Of a stretch of DNA of 32,000 nt, positions 30,069-32,000 are shown piece after piece. Below the pieces are notes generated by a model. That model ran no database searches, had not been told where the DNA came from, and saw only the letters and a list, made by a program, of their open reading frames with translations. The stretch lies in contig NC_010085.1 in NCBI RefSeq assembly GCF_000018465.1, positions 780,001 to 812,000 of the forward strand. The letters are read 5' to 3'. The position numbers and the translations under genes were made by a program. Source of the stretch: Nitrosopumilus maritimus SCM1 (GTDB lineage: Archaea > Thermoproteota > Nitrososphaeria > Nitrososphaerales > Nitrosopumilaceae). How positions within the stretch are numbered: position 1 is the stretch's first letter; the number at the start of each line of letters is the position of its first letter.

Positions 30069-31934
30069 CTACACCATTAATTGAGGTCTCTTTGAGAGAT
30101 GTTGTGATTGGTTTAGTCCAGTATATGGTTTACCTGAAGTTTGTTCATTAATTTCATTCATGAAATCATCAAATGAGACTTCTCGTACATTTCCAGTCTG
30201 TCTGTCACGGATACTTAGATTCTCAGAACCTGCTTCTTTCTCACCTATTACCAAAATGTATTGAATCCATTCCTTTTCAGCTTCACGTATTCTTTTACCA
30301 ATACTCTCATTTCTATCATCAACATCAACACGGACATTTTGTGCAGATATTTTATCACACAAATTATTACAAAAGTCATAAAACTCTTCTTTTAATGGAA
30401 TGATTCTAACTTGTGTTGGTGCAAGCCACAATGGAAGTTGTGGTTTCTTTCCTTTCTTTGAATCATCTGCAGCTTTTTCTAATAATGCATAGATTATTCT
30501 TTCAATTGCACCACTTGGGGAGTTGTGTAGAATAATTGGATGTTGTGCAGTGTTGTTTTCATCTACAAATTCAATTCCATATCGGTCTCCATTTTCAACA
30601 TCTATTTGATCAGTTGACAAAGCAGATGCCTTTCCTAAATTATCAATAAAATTGAATTCCCATTTTAGAACAAAGTAAAAGAATTTCTCTTTCCACATCT
30701 CAACTAATACAGGTCGACCATGTTTCTTGACTAATTCTTCAATCGCAGATTTGTTTTCATTGTAAAAATCCTCAGTAAATCTAATTGCCATGTCATAATC
30801 AGATTCATCAATTCCCAACTCTTTGAGAACACTTTGAGACAAATCAAATCTGACCTTTATCTCATCTACTGCTTGCGGAATATCTTTGCAAAATGCATGA
30901 CAATCAGGCATTGTAAATGCACGTAATCTTCTCAGACCGACTAATTCACCTGATTGTTCACGTCTAAAGCTATACCTAGTAAGCTCATAGAGTTTGTATG
31001 GTAAATTCTTGTAAGACATTTGGAATTGATTTGCCATAAGGAATTGTCCAAAACAGGCTGCAAATCTCAAAAAGAGTTTCTTTCCTTCTGAATCAATATT
31101 GTATTGTCTTGCAGGGAATCGATTAAAGTAACTAACCATACTTGGGTGTTCAGAGTCATACATGATTGGAGTTTCAACCTCATAACCACCATACTCCTTT
31201 ACTCTGTCAGTAACATATCTCTCAATAAGAGATTTCATCAAACGCCCATTTGGAAAGAATCTCATATTTCCAGAATCAGATGCAGGTTCGTAATCTGCAA
31301 TTGCAAGTTTTTTCATTAATGCAACATGTGGAGGGGGTTCATCAACTTGACGTTGTTTTGCAGATTCGTATTTGGCTAAAATCTCTAATTTTTTATGATT
31401 AGAAAAATCATAGTCTCCAATGTTAATCATTGTTCCATCAGGAGACATTATTTTCCAGTAAGAACGAATTGTAGATTCTCCTTTTAGTGCATCAGAAGTA
31501 TCTTCGTCATCATCTTTAGTAGTAGAGTCTTTAGTAACAACTTTGGAGCTTTCTGCTAATGGATGTCCTTTAACTTGAACTTTGTAAGATTTTGTCCAAC
31601 CAAAAGGAGAATGAGAAACTTCAAGATCTGATGCTTCAGATTCCATTTCTTGTAACAAAGACATAGCAGTGGAAGGTTTTGCAAGATTTGAGCTAAGATG
31701 TGCATAAGGATATAACAATAATTTTTTGCAACCAATTTTTTCCATAGAGTTTTTTATCTGAGATATTGCATTTTTTGCAACAGAAGAATCATCTCCATCT
31801 TCAATTGCGACAAAGGCCACTACAATCTCTTCTAGTCTCTGAGTTTGAGGATTTTCAATCTCTTCAGCTGATTTGATCTCTTTTTTTGTAGGAGTGTATT
31901 CTATGCTATCACAGTGTAGTTGCAGTATTCGCAT
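30069..31934 (-). CDS. thrS: threonine--tRNA ligase with archaeal-type N-terminal editing domain
   Basis: N-terminus MRILQLHCDSIEYTPTKKE..VVAFVAIEDGD (archaeal editing domain). Class II motifs FRREQSGELVGLRRLRAFTMPD and HNSPSGAIER. Confidence 0.97.
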   Translation of the reverse strand: MRILQLHCDSIEYTPTKKEIKSAEEIENPQTQRLEEIVVAFVAIEDGDDSSVAKNAISQIKNSMEKIGCKKLLLYPYAHLSSNLAKPSTAMSLLQEMESEASDLEVSHSPFGWTKSYKVQVKGHPLAESSKVVTKDSTTKDDDEDTSDALKGESTIRSYWKIMSPDGTMINIGDYDFSNHKKLEILAKYESAKQRQVDEPPPHVALMKKLAIADYEPASDSGNMRFFPNGRLMKSLIERYVTDRVKEYGGYEVETPIMYDSEHPSMVSYFNRFPARQYNIDSEGKKLFLRFAACFGQFLMANQFQMSYKNLPYKLYELTRYSFRREQSGELVGLRRLRAFTMPDCHAFCKDIPQAVDEIKVRFDLSQSVLKELGIDESDYDMAIRFTEDFYNENKSAIEELVKKHGRPVLVEMWKEKFFYFVLKWEFNFIDNLGKASALSTDQIDVENGDRYGIEFVDENNTAQHPIILHNSPSGAIERIIYALLEKAADDSKKGKKPQLPLWLAPTQVRIIPLKEEFYDFCNNLCDKISAQNVRVDVDDRNESIGKRIREAEKEWIQYILVIGEKEAGSENLSIRDRQTGNVREVSFDDFMNEINEQTSGKPYTGLNQSQHLSKRPQLMV

Positions 31935-32000
31935 AATTTCAAACAGAAATTATAATTGAAATAAGTGTTTGCTGAAATGCTGGGGTTTCTTTTAGGATGT

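Noticed and set aside
23032-31319. Antisense or alternative-frame track ORFs inside pyrG, the HK, nadK, pfkB, rps26e, the transferase, speB and thrS
   Set aside because: They are shadow ORFs within well-supported genes.
31977-32000. Possible start of a + strand gene (MLGFLLGC..) about 25 nt after a TATA-like TTATAATT
   Set aside because: Only 8 codons are visible before the window ends, which is not enough to support a feature.

Overview
AT-rich archaeal window. Ribosomal protein S26e, a ThrRS with an archaeal-type N-terminal editing domain, a PEFG-CTERM-anchored cupredoxin, and TATA-like boxes about 25 nt upstream of many start codons point to a marine ammonia-oxidising thaumarchaeon (Nitrosopumilus-like); this is inference, with no database search. 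The window has two halves. (A) 1-14.9 kb is a dense run of about 40 short, mostly unassignable genes. The recognisable ones are the N-terminus of an XPD/DinG-type Fe-S helicase, a GIY-YIG mini-protein, a PD-(D/E)XK nuclease, small winged-helix proteins, a SHOCT-tailed protein, a secreted Met/His/Cys-rich repeat protein, and at least 12 Cys/His-rich zinc-ribbon or C2H2 mini-proteins. Many of these are under 60 aa, so they are missing from the supplied ORF track. (B) 14.9-32 kb is housekeeping: a translationally coupled trpE-G-D-C-B-A operon with no trpF, a small RHH-like gene plus a 227-aa unknown, a blue copper protein, pyrG, a PfkB kinase / NAD kinase-wHTH fusion / histidine kinase operon, rps26e, and a thrS-speB-CDP-alcohol phosphatidyltransferase operon. 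No rRNA, tRNA, CRISPR array, transposase, integrase or known defence gene was recognised. The most unusual signals are non-coding. First, a phased array of four CTAATTAG palindromes sits in a divergent promoter. Second, a dispersed TTGAGCCTA(R)AA motif (7 copies of the core octamer) and a related duplicated 12-mer flank gene ends and bracket the RHH/227-aa two-gene cassette as imperfect inverted repeats. All family assignments rest on motifs read by eye and need HMM or BLAST confirmation.
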